64,000 bases of DNA, taken from Tubulanus polymorphus. Taxonomy: Eukaryota > Animalia > Nemertea. The stretch lies in assembly GCF_964204645.1 (NCBI RefSeq), contig NC_134035.1, positions 11,564,451 to 11,628,450 of the forward strand, given 5' to 3'. Every line of letters starts with the position of its first letter. Within the stretch, counting starts at the first letter, position 1. The notes beneath the pieces are model-generated. The model saw only the letters and a list, made by a program, of their open reading frames with translations, made no database searches and was not told the DNA's origin. The position numbers were made by a program, and so were the translations under genes. Of this stretch, positions 31,803 to 64,000 are shown one piece after another.

Positions 31803-33489
31803 TTTCCTGGATGACCTATACACAATTCTGTGCTAAAAACTCTCACTAACTAATAACACTTCTGCAGTTTCCCGGAGCAGATTTCTCAGTCAATCAGCGT
31901 CTTAAAGTGCAATATATATATATATATTATACTTGACTTGAGTTATCCAACCCGATGTTTAAATCAGGAAGGAGACTGTGTCTATTACTGGCTTTATATG
32001 GACTTCAGTTTTCAGAAGTCAGTTTTCTGTCTTTCAAAATGACGACTTCGACAAAAGCTGTAAATATAACCGCGTTGCTAACTGTCGCTGTATAGTAAAA
32101 TGATACTGTGTATATATATATATCTTTTTGAACGTTTTGCAAATTTTATTTCATTCCACGCATATACTACTAATTAACGTTTAGAATTTTCTGTAAAGAA
32201 TATTGCCATGATAATGATCGATGATAATGATTGTGTAATAAAAGATTGTACAAAGTTATGAATAAATTATTCATGAAATCGATCGAACACAAGACATTTT
32301 AGTATCGTTTTCTATTTTTGATTGTTACGATGAATAGACCGAGAGACTAACTGAGAGTTATAAAGTGTACCGATAATGACCAGCGTCCATTACGTTCGAA
32401 TCCTTTCTTGGTCGAATGTTCTCAGGTCTCTACCCCACTGACAAATGTTGTTGGAAAAGTCACTAAATGTTTAATGGAATCCCGGTGGCAGCCAGATTCG
32501 GGCCTCATTTAGCGAAACCAAAGAAGAAGGTTCGTTATGAAGTACCGAGTCATCAGACTTGCAAATCGGGGTTCGAACCCTTCGTGATATCCGAATCTCG
32601 TTGCTTCATCTCAAAACACACGAATTGACTAGAAATGGCCAAAATGGCACTAACTGTGAGTTTGCGAAGAAAATAAAGGAACTGATGATTAAGGACGACA
32701 CGAAGTCAACAAACAACATTTTTCATTGCTGTTTGCTATTTCATTTCAGTATTCTATCATTGCGTGATATCATTAGGAATGGCCTGTAATCCTGTGCTCG
32801 GCTTGTCGATTTGTTTCCTCTATTCCAGTCGAGTAACTAATGATTCGTATCCATCTCGACGATTGATTTCGTATTTACGTCAATTAACCGAGACCGCGCC
32901 GAAGTCGACTCGGAACTTCACGCCGGACTTGCTTCGGGGGGAAGCGCGTGCAAGCACCGAACGCGGCGACTAATCTTCCTTCGCGTGCTTATACGGTCGT
33001 CCACTTCGCGGGTCAGCACTTGTGGGAAGTTCGGCATCTGAAACCCGCGGGCAAAGCGGTTAAAGTCACCGTAGCATACAGTTTGATGTAGTTTGGACTG
33101 TAATACGTTCGATCGTTGACGGCGTATTCGCGGTTTATCGAGGATTAATATCTACTAAAGCAAATGGTACTGCACGCATTATACCGGTCGATACGGTTAA
33201 GTGGTGATTCCCAGCCGTCTTCCGAATTCCAGAGCTTATGCTCATTGTTCGAAGAAATCAGAAATTCCCATGAGGATTGTGTTTTGATAATGCGATCGAC
33301 ACTTACTTAGTAGATGATCCTACAATATACTGTATCCTCTACATACAGGATTACCATTAATTTGTTTCACATTCGCAAATAAATATCCCATCAGCCATGT
33401 GTAATATCAACACGCGGAAAGTCTGTTACTTCATCCAGATTTCATAGAATGGGTATCAGAGTTACCCCTAGGGGGATATCCACAAACCG

Positions 33490-33709
33490 GCGCCGATTTG
33501 ACAGTCAAGACTTAAGCCCAATAGTTGTAAGATTGGCTATAGTATTAAAATAGCCTTTAAATGGTCTTAGCCATGGAACTACGGAGCCGGCCCCTGGACC
33601 TGGTTCCACAGTTATGAGTTAAACTTAACTCTGAGTTAAAATCAGTTTATTTTCATTTCATTTTTGATCTTTGATTTTTGATCTTAGCTCACAACTGTGG
33701 AACTGGGTC
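33490..33709. mobile_element. Two adjacent family B MITEs (degenerate 33490-33593; intact 33597-33709 with CTG TSD)
   Basis: Second element has TIR GACCTGGTTCCACAGTT / AACTGTGGAACTGGGTC with CTG duplication; the first resembles 10533-10670. Confidence 0.7.
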
Positions 33710-34374
33710 CTGGGTGACAATAAGAAATCATGTTGATAGCTGACAAATTTCAAAAGGGATTATTTTGCCTCCACCTCCATGGTTCGAATGCCATTACCAA
33801 AATTATTATATTCATGTTCATCGTTTTTTTTTCCTGTGTAGACGTAGCTTCATAGCCGAACCTTTCTTGCAGAATAGAATCTATTCAACGCAGATTTGGA
33901 TTCAGTAAATGCTTCTGGCTTTTGCCAATACTGAACCATAGAACGTTCGTAATATTCCAAAAGTCTATGCATATATACTTCAAAATATAGGTATATGATA
34001 GTTTTTGAGTTTCTAATTTCAGTATTCAATGTTCAGTTTTTTTTTCTGCTGTCGCACTGATCAGTCACTTCACCGTCTGAGCGGCTATTAAATATTTAAG
34101 TCGTAACGGCAATTAACTGAAACTGAGTTAAAATCCCCTTGATTCTACGAACGGCGTCGGCAACGTTACGTCGCTACCTGGGCGAACACGAAAGTGCTCT
34201 TAACTCGGCTCTCGCTAATGAACGCCGTCGTGTCTCGCAATTATAGTCACCAATTACTGAAAACTATGTAACACTCTACACGCACGTTTCTAGGTTTCAA
34301 AGTTTTGCATTGTTCAAACATCACAGGCCATAGTTTCTTTGAAAATGTATGTTTTATGTGGTTGCTTGACCAGA

Positions 34375-34494
34375 GGGGCTGGTTCCTTACTTGAGACTTA
34401 AGTCGAAAAATGGTCTTAAGTTGTTAGATTGGTTATAGAACTAAGATGGTCTTAAATTGGTATTAAGTCTAAGCCATGACTATGGAACTGGGCC
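34375..34494. mobile_element. MITE family B copy
   Basis: GACTTAAGTC…TGGTCTTAAG…TATAGAACTAAGATGGTCTTA…AAGTCTAAGCCATGACTATGGAACTGGGCC matches 11216-11353. Confidence 0.75.
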
Positions 34495-36711
34495 GCGCTG
34501 AAGAGTTGGAGTGATCTGGTTGGATTTTATTTTAGTTAGAATATCCAAAGATCAGTCGAAAAGTCGAATAAACTATTAGCGCTCAAGGAAGCATTTTCGC
34601 ACTTCTATTTTTTCGTTAGATTCTCTACGCGTTATCGTCACAACACGGATGAAGTGTTTTATCCATGATTATCAATATCCGCAGATTAATAAGGCAATGA
34701 CAGTTTTTGGCCAATTTCGACGGAGAAGGTGCCACGGTAATCTAAAAACCATACATTCCGTTAGTACGGTCTCAATTTCAGCCACCGTTGACAAGTCACG
34801 GCGTGCTAGGTCTGACCAATCTGAGAACAGAAGAATCCGGTGATATTTAACACCGTGAGTCGATCTTTTCTCGCGAGATAAGTTACCGTCGCACTTATCC
34901 AGCACTCCACGTGCTTTTGTAGCGGTGCATTTCCCCTTGTCTTCTTGTCAATCGAGAGGAGTACCTTAAGTGAGAATTTTATCCGTCGGGCCTGTTGTTT
35001 GACTCTGTGAAGGGTTCGCGACAATCCGCAGGTTACTGACGACGAGGACAGACTGGCGTCAATGGTGTTTCATTGCCGGCCCGATTTCATCGGCTACCTG
35101 TCAAGCCGAAGCCTCCATCAATCGGCCGATGGCGTCCGCGCGGTGATCCGATGAGCTTCGCCTGGCTTTGAGGAATTCGGTACACGTTCCGCGCATACAT
35201 AGACCGACGCGACGAGAGAGTTTTATTTCTCGACTCAAATGACAAGAGTGGCGGACAATATATCATATTTACAGTGGAGTGTACATTGTGGCCGTTACAC
35301 AAGGCATTGCACTTAAAGACGATGATGTGGGCAGAATGTACTGAAACGAGTCGCTTTCGAAAAACTAGATTTTCACTTAATCGTGAAAATTGTTAAGCAA
35401 AGCTAAGAATCCTATGCGACCTATGCGCGCCTATTGGGGGTTACTTCATGATCACCTTTACAAATATAGCTGCTAAGCAGCGATAACGGGTTTTATGCAG
35501 GCTTGCACGTTTAAAAGTAGCCCGTATTCTAGCGTTTATGTGATATCAAAAATAGATTTTCTTACATGACTATCAACTGTTATGTTACCAACTGAAAATG
35601 CCACTTAATACTACTTTCTCGAAAAATAATATCGCCATATTATCATTTAAAAGGTCTTAACTTTGAAATAAACATTTTCTTGTACATTTAGAAGTATGCC
35701 TTTAAGGTGCCCGGGGTTCAAATAAATCCTGCGAGCCGAAAAACTAACGGAATAGATCATGCCCTAGTTTTACCTTTAGGAAAAGTGTCCAGAAAAGAGA
35801 CACGTACATGAAAATGCTGATAATAATGAAGGGAATAACAATAAGGTTTTTGCAAAGTAGCAGAAAACCCTAATTATTATTTTCTTCGGGCTATGGTCTC
35901 GTTAATCTCCGTGATAGAGATTTGGTAAGGGTGAATATTGTAGAAGTTTGGACACGGAGCAACACACATTTTTATCGATAAGGCGAAATGGAAAATACTA
36001 GTAGACTGTCCGCATTATGCGACATGATTAACGGCGACGACTGGAAGGAATAAATTGACTCTTGAAGCTGATGACATCTTTCCCGTCAACAACATCGCGG
36101 AATCAATAGATCTCTCTCTCTCCCTCTCTCTCCCTCTCTCTTTCTAGTTTTGAGGTTCTCCATCGCAACGTACTAAACAGCAAAAACAGCGAGCTTTTAT
36201 GCGCGGTTCTCTGATCACCAAGCGAACAGCCAATTAGTCTTGTAATTAGACCCGATGTGGTGCAGAGTCGGAACAAATTACGATTGTGCCGATGACAGAA
36301 TTCGTGTCAACGACGTTTATTTTAGCCGTCGCGATATGACGATGTGTCGTTAATAACGACGATTGATTCCGATGACTTCATCATCCGCGCGCGCCGGCCG
36401 CTTTATAGCGGTTTTATTTTCAATTGATAGTCGCCACCCAGTTCTTGTCCGATTATCGGGTAACAACGTGATGGAAAAACGTCTTCCTAAAACCAATGTG
36501 CAGTTTAATTCTTGCCGTTGGGTTCATAATATAGAATCGTCTTCTAATATGAATGACGCTGGAAACGAACGCCTCGGCATCTGTTTTCTCGAATTAACTT
36601 GCTCCGGTTCGTTAGTTCCTCGGCGATATTGATGAGGCCATGGGGCGTTGTCACGAACTCGGAGTCGTATGCAGATAACTGGGGCCTCTCTAGGATACCG
36701 ATGAAAAAATC

Positions 36712-36900
36712 CACTATTATGAAGAAAAACTAAGAAAGTAGTGACGTTTAGATTAGATTCATATTCTATGAGCCATTTACAAAACTAAGAGAGTAGTGAC
36801 GTTTAGACTCAATTCTATGAGCCATTTTTAAAATGGTTGGCAAATGCCTCATAGAACTGAGTCGAAGCATCACTAATCTCCTTTCATTTTCATAATTGTG
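36712..36900. mobile_element. Palindromic MITE-like element with internal tandem duplication
   Basis: Duplicated AAAACTAAGARAGTAGTGACGTTTAGA…TTCTATGAGCCATTT plus an inverted arm; related fragment at about 27660-27740. Confidence 0.55.
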
Positions 36901-38279
36901 AGTTTTTACTGTAATCGAGTCACTTGTCTTTGGAAATCAACGCCTCCACGATATGCGGAACATGTTCCTGCCTAGCGATAGTGTGGTGAATTGAAGCAGT
37001 GTGAAGGACCCGGTCTGAACACAGTACCGACGAAGCAAAGTGCTTCCATATTCGATAGAGGACATTTTAGTAACGATTCTACATTGACCATTTAAATCTT
37101 TGCTCATGTGGATAAGTGGAAAGAAATTTATAACGATTCTGAAGCGTGCCCCAGCGATTAGGAAATATTCTGATGAATACAGACGAGCGGGGCTGCACAC
37201 GGACGGAACAGTTACAAATGATGGATGAACCAAACCAATCTTCACCAATGACTATACTGTACAGTGGGTTCTACTGATTCATATTCAGGATTCATTCAGT
37301 ATAGTCGATCGTTCCGATCATAAATGTTCGCTTTTTCGCTATTGCTGTTTCGTAATACTTGCAGACCGTTGTATAGGTCTGTTGATACCATCCAGTGCGT
37401 GAAGGCGTCTCTAAAATATATCACTGCAGTACCGCGCAGTAGCCGTGAAACGAAGTTACCCGTGTCAACGTTAATCACACACATAGAAGTCAAATCAACA
37501 AACCAGTTAGTTTAGTTATAGCCACTTGTCGTCGGCCAATAAAGGAGACTTTGGGAACTGCGCATGTGGTTGAAGCGATCAAAGCTAGCTAATTAACCCG
37601 CCCGGTCGATCAGCGCGCGACTGTTGAAGTACTAGGTCTTTTATCCGCAACGTAAACGCCAGCCTATCAACGCGGCTTGAGTTACTGCACGTTGACAATA
37701 GGCGACGTACAATTATTACTCGAATCATATAAATATTTGATTGGCGTCGCAGAGTTTATTTTCCTAATTCGCACGTTTACGGCGCGACGCAGTGCCGTAT
37801 CGATAACTAGTTGATGAAGTGCGCGAAGGATCAATTAGCAACTTGGAATTCGAATGAACGGCAAACTTATATTATTACATACTATATCGCCTTAGCTTCG
37901 TGCGTGTATGATATTAATATTCATTCCTTATATGCGCAGTTATTATAGCTGCGCATTAGTTGAGAACGGATCGAACTTCTTGACGATCCTTTACGATCCA
38001 TATAAACCGCCGGTGAGTAATGATTAACGGTACAGCGCCGTAAGCCATCGTGAGATACGGATTTCTCAAAAATGGTCGGTCTTCCCGAGGCTTCTGTCAC
38101 CCAACATATCCCGCCCTCCCTGGAAGGATTCTTAAAATCTAAAAACAACACCAATATGTCACCAAAAAGGCGCAACACTTTAAATTGTAAATATATATTC
38201 TATTTTTGGACGAATGGAAGCGGTGGTCCCTTGCATGTAGCCCTTGTATGCATTGGTGGTGGTGTTGTCGACGCGCGCT

Positions 38280-38322
38280 CGGGTACTGTCGGGTACTGTC
38301 GGGTACTGTCGGGTTCTGTCGG
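38280..38322. repeat. 10-bp tandem repeat (CGGGTACTGT)x4
   Basis: Directly visible in the sequence. Confidence 0.85.
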
Positions 38323-38937
38323 AAGCTCATCAACCAGATTACACAGAAAAAGCTACATGCGTACTTGTACAAGCCCATAAGCTACCGTAATTTCGTTTCC
38401 AAATTTCACTGAGTTTCACCTATCACTACTATTCTAGAAAACCTATTCACCCAGCTCAACATTGCCACCAATAGGTGGCACATGTTTCGCATCCCGGATG
38501 TCATTCCCTGGCCACTTCCGGTAGGTGTCGGCGTCTGGCTCGATTTACCGACAGTGGAACTTCATTACGTCGGCGCGCGCAAACACACCGAAAGATTATT
38601 TCAAACATAATTAAAATATTTGAATAATTAATCAGTATCGATGGTTCGAACGCTTGACGTTACGAGTCACGCCAGTAAATACAGAGAGTAAATGGTGCAC
38701 ATGTGATCGATCACGGTAGAGAGACTAATTTGACCGCGCAGCTCGCACACCTGGCCGTTCCCAAAATAATGTCAACAAAATATTTCTCCGCTACATTCTT
38801 TGTTCTTTTATACGACGACTGTGATGGTGAAGCATGCTGATTTAATTCATACAGACACGATTACGTGAGGCCTCAATTATATCCAAAAAATTGTTTTTTG
38901 CCTTACTGACTCGTGGTGATGCTTAGATACGCATTAA

Positions 38938-39216
38938 GGTTCAGTTCCACAGTAAAGCCCAACGCACACGGCACCGATGTTTTTTGTTATGCCGTGTGCG
39001 GGGGGGGGGGGAGTAAAACAAAACGCCGAACTTAAAAACGTTTTTCACTAGCAAAAAAAACGTTTTCTGAAAAACGTTTTCTGTTTCGGCGAAACAAATG
39101 TTTTGCCGTCTGCGTTGGGCTTAATGAGTAAGAGTTAGCTCTAAGAGTTAAAACTAGTTCATTTTCAATGAGTTAACTCAGAGTCAAATCTTAACTCACA
39201 ACTGGGGAACTGGGTC
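38938..39216. mobile_element. Nested MITEs: family C element (38956-39121, TAA TSD) inside a family B element
   Basis: Outer halves GGTTCAGTTCCACAG… and …TGAGT…CTCACAACTGGGGAACTGGGTC match 33597 and 45621. Inner TIR AGCCCAACGCACACGGCA / TGCCGTCTGCGTTGGGCT is flanked by TAA. Confidence 0.75.
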
Positions 39217-39255
39217 CTGATGTACAATTTGGCGTTGTTGGAAGAATACACCTCG

Positions 39256-39441
39256 AGCCAAACACGTACGTTACAGGGAAACATGGAAACTGGAAACAGA
39301 AACATGGTTCCGAGCGTTTCCCTGTGTGTCTTGTGAGTTAACGAGAAACATGGTTTCGAGAAAAAGTTTTTCCGAGATGAAACATATTATGATTTCGTGT
39401 TTCGGTGTCTTCGGGCTTCCCTGTGCGTGTGCGTTGGGCTT
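39256..39441. mobile_element. MITE family C-related
   Basis: Ends in GTGTGCGTTGGGCTT; internal CAGGGAAAC/GTTTCCCTG motifs; homologous to 45404-45582. Confidence 0.65.
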
Positions 39442-41753
39442 GTCGTGTGCGTTGTGCGTTGAAAACGAATGTTTCAAAGGGTTTTGCACTAAAAAACAAT
39501 AACTAATCAGTGCGAGCTTCGAATATGACGCACGCAGCACGTGCTGTAGCCTCCGTTGATCTCGGCTCGTTATCTATCGGCTTCGCGCGGACTTGCGTTT
39601 TCCCAGGCGTTTTCACAGACAAATAGCTGAATTATTCATGGGCGCCCAATATGGTCCTCGGCGCCGTCAATAGCCGCATCAATTCTTGATTCGTTTCTTA
39701 CATACAGCGTTGAATTGATTGTAAATACGGCGTTCGATTGTTCTACGTACAGGACCGAGCAGATTACACGCGGCACACGGAGAAAAGTCAGCCATTCATT
39801 CGCGATTGATAATTACCACTAGCGATTCGAAACTTCGATATGGCGTTTGTATAATTTACGAGCCTATGTTTTAGATGCGCGGTCGGTTTGGTCGTGACTC
39901 GATCGGTCGAAGTGGTCGTCGTCATCAGATTTGTATAGAAGTCGTCTCGGTCTCGTCGTGTCGGACATGAATTCGTAAAGCGCTTTATAATCCATGCAGA
40001 TCTTCGTGTAGCAAACGCACTTCGTTTCATTGATCTTAACGTCTATGTTCAAGTTCAGATTTGAAATAATTGCCTCAGACATTTTTATAATTTTTTCGAG
40101 CACAGAATACGGAAAAAACCGTTGGCAGTTATGTATTTATCACTTACATTGCAGATTTTTTTGAAATATATGAGAATATTTCGATGCACAACCTGGCTTC
40201 ATGTGGCTATCTGCCTTCTTCATGAATACTGCGAACTTTCGTAAGGTAATCAGGTCTTGCGGATCAGATACATATGTACATTTTCTTACATTTGGGAATA
40301 TTGCTACTTGTTGCGGTATCGTCTTCTTGAATCTTCGAAGAAATCTGATCTTTTCAAATCAATGTCAGATGGTGCATGATCTTCTGGAACTTTCCGATGA
40401 TTTAATTCCACAGTTCTGTTGAGTTAAAATTCGTTTTTTGTATTCTTACAATCGGAATTTACTACCATGATTAATATGACACCAGTAGTTTACACTAAAC
40501 ACAGTAGCTGATGTTTTTTTTCGTAACGCTGTCCAGTGTATGACGTCAATAAACCAATCTCGGAGACAATCATCATCGACTGTGTGACTTTCCACTAACT
40601 GTACAAAATAGGCGATTTGAAACATCAGTTCGTTGAGTGGCGCATTGCAACATTTGGGTATAGAAATTCGCTTACACATCTTGTTCGGGCGAAAGAATGA
40701 GTTTACCTCAATATGATGCCCCATAGTAGACAGAAGATACAGTAGAATAACATAGAGATATTTCTACCAAATCTTTATTTCACCTTCAAACACAATTGAA
40801 AACAGAATGTAATTAATGTCCAAGAACAATGCCGTTTGTGATATGTTTACTTTTTCGTCGAGAGCGCCCACTAGAAAATTGTATCGTGTTCATTCATCGA
40901 TTGCTTTCCTCGAACGTACAAACTTGAAACCTCACGTCTCAAAACGATATATGCCTTTAATTCGAGTCGAACGCACAATACAACTCGCTGCACTGAAAAC
41001 TTCTCACAAGTCGTACGACTCATGAAAAATTCAACGCCGTCAAATATCAAACCGTTAAACAAGAGGTCATGTAGCCAAGTGCGGCTTTTTATAAGAAGGT
41101 GGGCTGTTTGATTTGCTTTTGACTTGCCACGTCACAACTCTTTTAATTGTACTCCAGCATGTCTCGTAACGCCGGCTTTGCAGCGCTAGTCGCATCAAAT
41201 ATTCATGCGCGCCGTGTACAAGAGTAAAGCCGAAGTATCGCTCTTGAAAGTCGTTAACCAGTCCGCGATGACAAGGTGGGATTTCACGAACGATTGTAGC
41301 CGATATCTTCAACGATCTGAAAAACATAATCGTTGCTTCGTAAGATAATGTATGCAATTTATACAGGTATCGTATCTACTCGCCGTGGACGAGGTCTACG
41401 CTCGCACAGTAGGAGATGACGGTTGGCGAGGTTGCACTATCATGATCATGATCTTCACGCGATCGAATTTAGAATACAGGTTCACGAAGAGCAGTTACAA
41501 CGAATGAGAGTAATTCTAGCGAATTTATAAACGCTAACTGGAAATGTCAACAGCAAAACATTCATGCATCTACGATTCTATAAATGTCAACCGTATCTTA
41601 AAAATAATGTTTTTCCAACAATGAATATATGTATTACCGAAAGGATCAGTAAAACTCTGCGATCATCCGTGTTCGGTCATTCTAAAACCGATAGTAATAA
41701 AATCGAAATAAACAAAACTAATGCAAGATATGAATTTTCTAATTAGGCTACAG

Positions 41754-41900
41754 GACCCGGTTCTACAGTTGTTGGTTAGAATTAACTCTGAGTTAGCTTT
41801 TGTCCGTAGGGACAAATCTAACCGACAACTATGGAACGGATTTGGGTTAAGGGATTTGAGCCTAGGGTTGAAATTTACCCCACAACTACGGAACCGGGTC
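41754..41900. mobile_element. MITE family B (CAG TSD)
   Basis: TIR GACCCGGTTCT / GGAACCGGGTC with CAG duplication. Confidence 0.75.
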
Positions 41901-43140
41901 CAGAGTAGCAAAGGAGGATTTTCCGTTTCGGTATTCATAAAACCGCATTTCTTACTCAAGGAGGTCATATAATGGAAATATCGACGATTCATATCAACCA
42001 GTGCTGCTCAAAACGATCAAGTATGACATGTAATTTATATACTGGACTTTCACTTTATCTAATGTGGAATGTTTATTTTTGAATTTGACCCATTACGTGA
42101 ATATTGTTCTCCAACCATATACTGGAATTTAAAAAGTGTGGATTTATGGATTTTGACTGTAGCAAATACAAATACCAGACTTGCAGAATGGAAGTAACAG
42201 CCTGGATGGTTGATAACGATCTTAGGGAGTCCAAAACGCATTTTGTCTTTAGACGGTTATTAAATACGACATATATACACTATATGTCTATAAACAAGCT
42301 CAAGTAGGACTTATCCTCGAGAGAAAAAACGTCGCGAAATGCCACGCCCGGTTTAGAACCGATCCAAAGAAAGATGTCTGACGGTCGTTTCTAAAAGCGT
42401 CCAGTCGTTCCTGCATAATACGTGAAATGAACAAGAAATCCTTTAAAACACGATGTACATTTTATTAACACGTTCTACCAATCATTTATGATATAACAAC
42501 AAACGTAGAAAATACTGAAAGAATTTCGGTGGCAGGTAACAAAACGAAACACCCGAAATGTTGCAAGTGTTTTAACTCAAAAGTATCGAGTATATCTTAC
42601 AGACAACTCTAGTGGCCTCGCAACTCTTTAAGATTCTTTAAACGACTAACTGTGGCTCGCTAATCTACTGTCATTCATCAATACAATATAACTAATCATC
42701 TTTTTAATACGTAAAATATTTTCCAAAGGATAACTAACTGTAAATGTAGCGGTACAACAACCCGCAGTACCTATAGACTCTCTCTCTCTCTTATCGAAAT
42801 CGTAAGATACTGACTCAGTGATTAACCAACAACGCTTTGAAATAAAGTCTAAGAGTAAATTAAATTACAAACAATAGAAAATATGTCGTGTGAGCAAAGT
42901 ATTTTTCATATTCATTACAGATCAACAACAGACACAATATTCCACTTCAGTCGACTAGAAATAACTCGTTTCAACACCCGCAACAAAAACGACTGTAATA
43001 TAAGTCATCATTTTGTACTTAGATAAACAATCTTTGATACTAGAGCGGCGTGTACACTTGAGAACATCACAATAACGAAACTCGGAGCAGGGTCGGTCAA
43101 CAACTCGTCACAAAAACGAAATTATAAATCATCGAAAACA

Positions 43141-43278
43141 CATCCTCCCCCGGCAGGGATTCGAACCTGATGGCATCGAGATTGCCACGGCACGAAACCC
43201 TGCCATAATCGACCGTGTTCGTGCCGTGGCTGAGTGTAGCGATGCCATCAGGTTCGAGTCCCTGCAGAGGGAGGATGC
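43141..43278. repeat. Long inverted repeat with tRNA/SINE B-box arms
   Basis: Outer arms CATCCTCCC…GCAGGGATTCGAACCTGATGGCATCG / CGATGCCATCAGGTTCGAGTCCCTGC…GGGAGGATG; inner arms GCCACGGCACGAA / TTCGTGCCGTGGC. Confidence 0.8.
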
Positions 43279-43919
43279 GAAAACAAAACACGAAATTTAG
43301 TTAGCGTTCACGACGCGTTGTCCGCAGGGATGGAATTTTAAATGTTACTTTTGTTCGGCATGCTACCGCGGAGTCAACGATATCCTGGCGGTGACACAAC
43401 ACGCGCGTGCGCACGCGCATACACACACACGTCATAAATGCTTCGGAAAATACTGACGAAAATAAAATATGAAACCAAATTTTTGGCACCATACACGTAT
43501 CACATGCCGGGAAGAGGTATATACCGCGAGACCGGGGATATCCACAGAAACCATAACCAGCACAAACGGTCTAGAGTAGTTGTTGTAGTATAGGTGGAGC
43601 GCATTGAAAATTACATTTTCAGCGCCACCGAAAAGATTCAAATCGAACCGTTACAAAGACGTAAATCCAATTCAGACGATATTGCATGTGATTCAACACG
43701 GTAGAATACGGCGGTAGATGATACACGACAATCCAACAAACAACCGTCACTTCTCCATATAGTTTACTATTCCACCTTAGAATTATCTCACAAGAAACAT
43801 ACTGCATAGCCTATTGTATATACTGAAATAGTTTACTTTTTTCGCTATATCACATCTCGGGGACATTCATTTGTACAGTTTTACGACGAACTCGAGTGCG
43901 TTGTTCTCTAATATCGGTG

Positions 43920-63928
<20,009 letters not shown>

Positions 63929-64000
63929 TCCGGGGTTCGTCGATAATTGTTACGCCGAACGAAACATCAACACCGCCGAACGTCAGAACGAATCAGTTAT

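Noticed and set aside
43141-43278. tRNA gene
   Set aside because: A B box is present but there is no cloverleaf or A box; it is an inverted repeat.

Overview
This is an intron-rich, AT-rich animal genomic window, most likely from a marine invertebrate (probably lophotrochozoan; inferred from gene content). It has no prokaryotic features. Four protein-coding genes were reconstructed exon by exon with consistent splice phases. (1) RECQL/RecQ1 helicase (+, 5'-truncated, 1-5783) has an unusual ~500-aa acidic C-terminal tail carrying SIM-like motifs. (2) FKBP3/FKBP25 (+, 9222-12576) has a U12-type last intron and W59L/D37E-equivalent active-site substitutions. (3) An NR2E6/PNR-like nuclear receptor (+, 24959/28188-31802) has a CDGCRG P-box. 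(4) A Dstac/STAC-like SH3 adaptor (-, 43920-63928) shows no C1 domain in the window and has a candidate truncating alternative last exon. Introns and intergenic DNA contain several MITE families (TWA-TSD and CWG-TSD Harbinger-like, one nested; hAT-like), a Penelope-type inverted repeat with degenerate hammerhead cores, a tRNA-B-box hairpin in the STAC 3'UTR, a (AT)98 microsatellite, and a decayed ORF cluster at about 39.8-41.4 kb. I found no clearly new multi-gene system. All identifications come from manual reading and remembered family motifs, not database searches.
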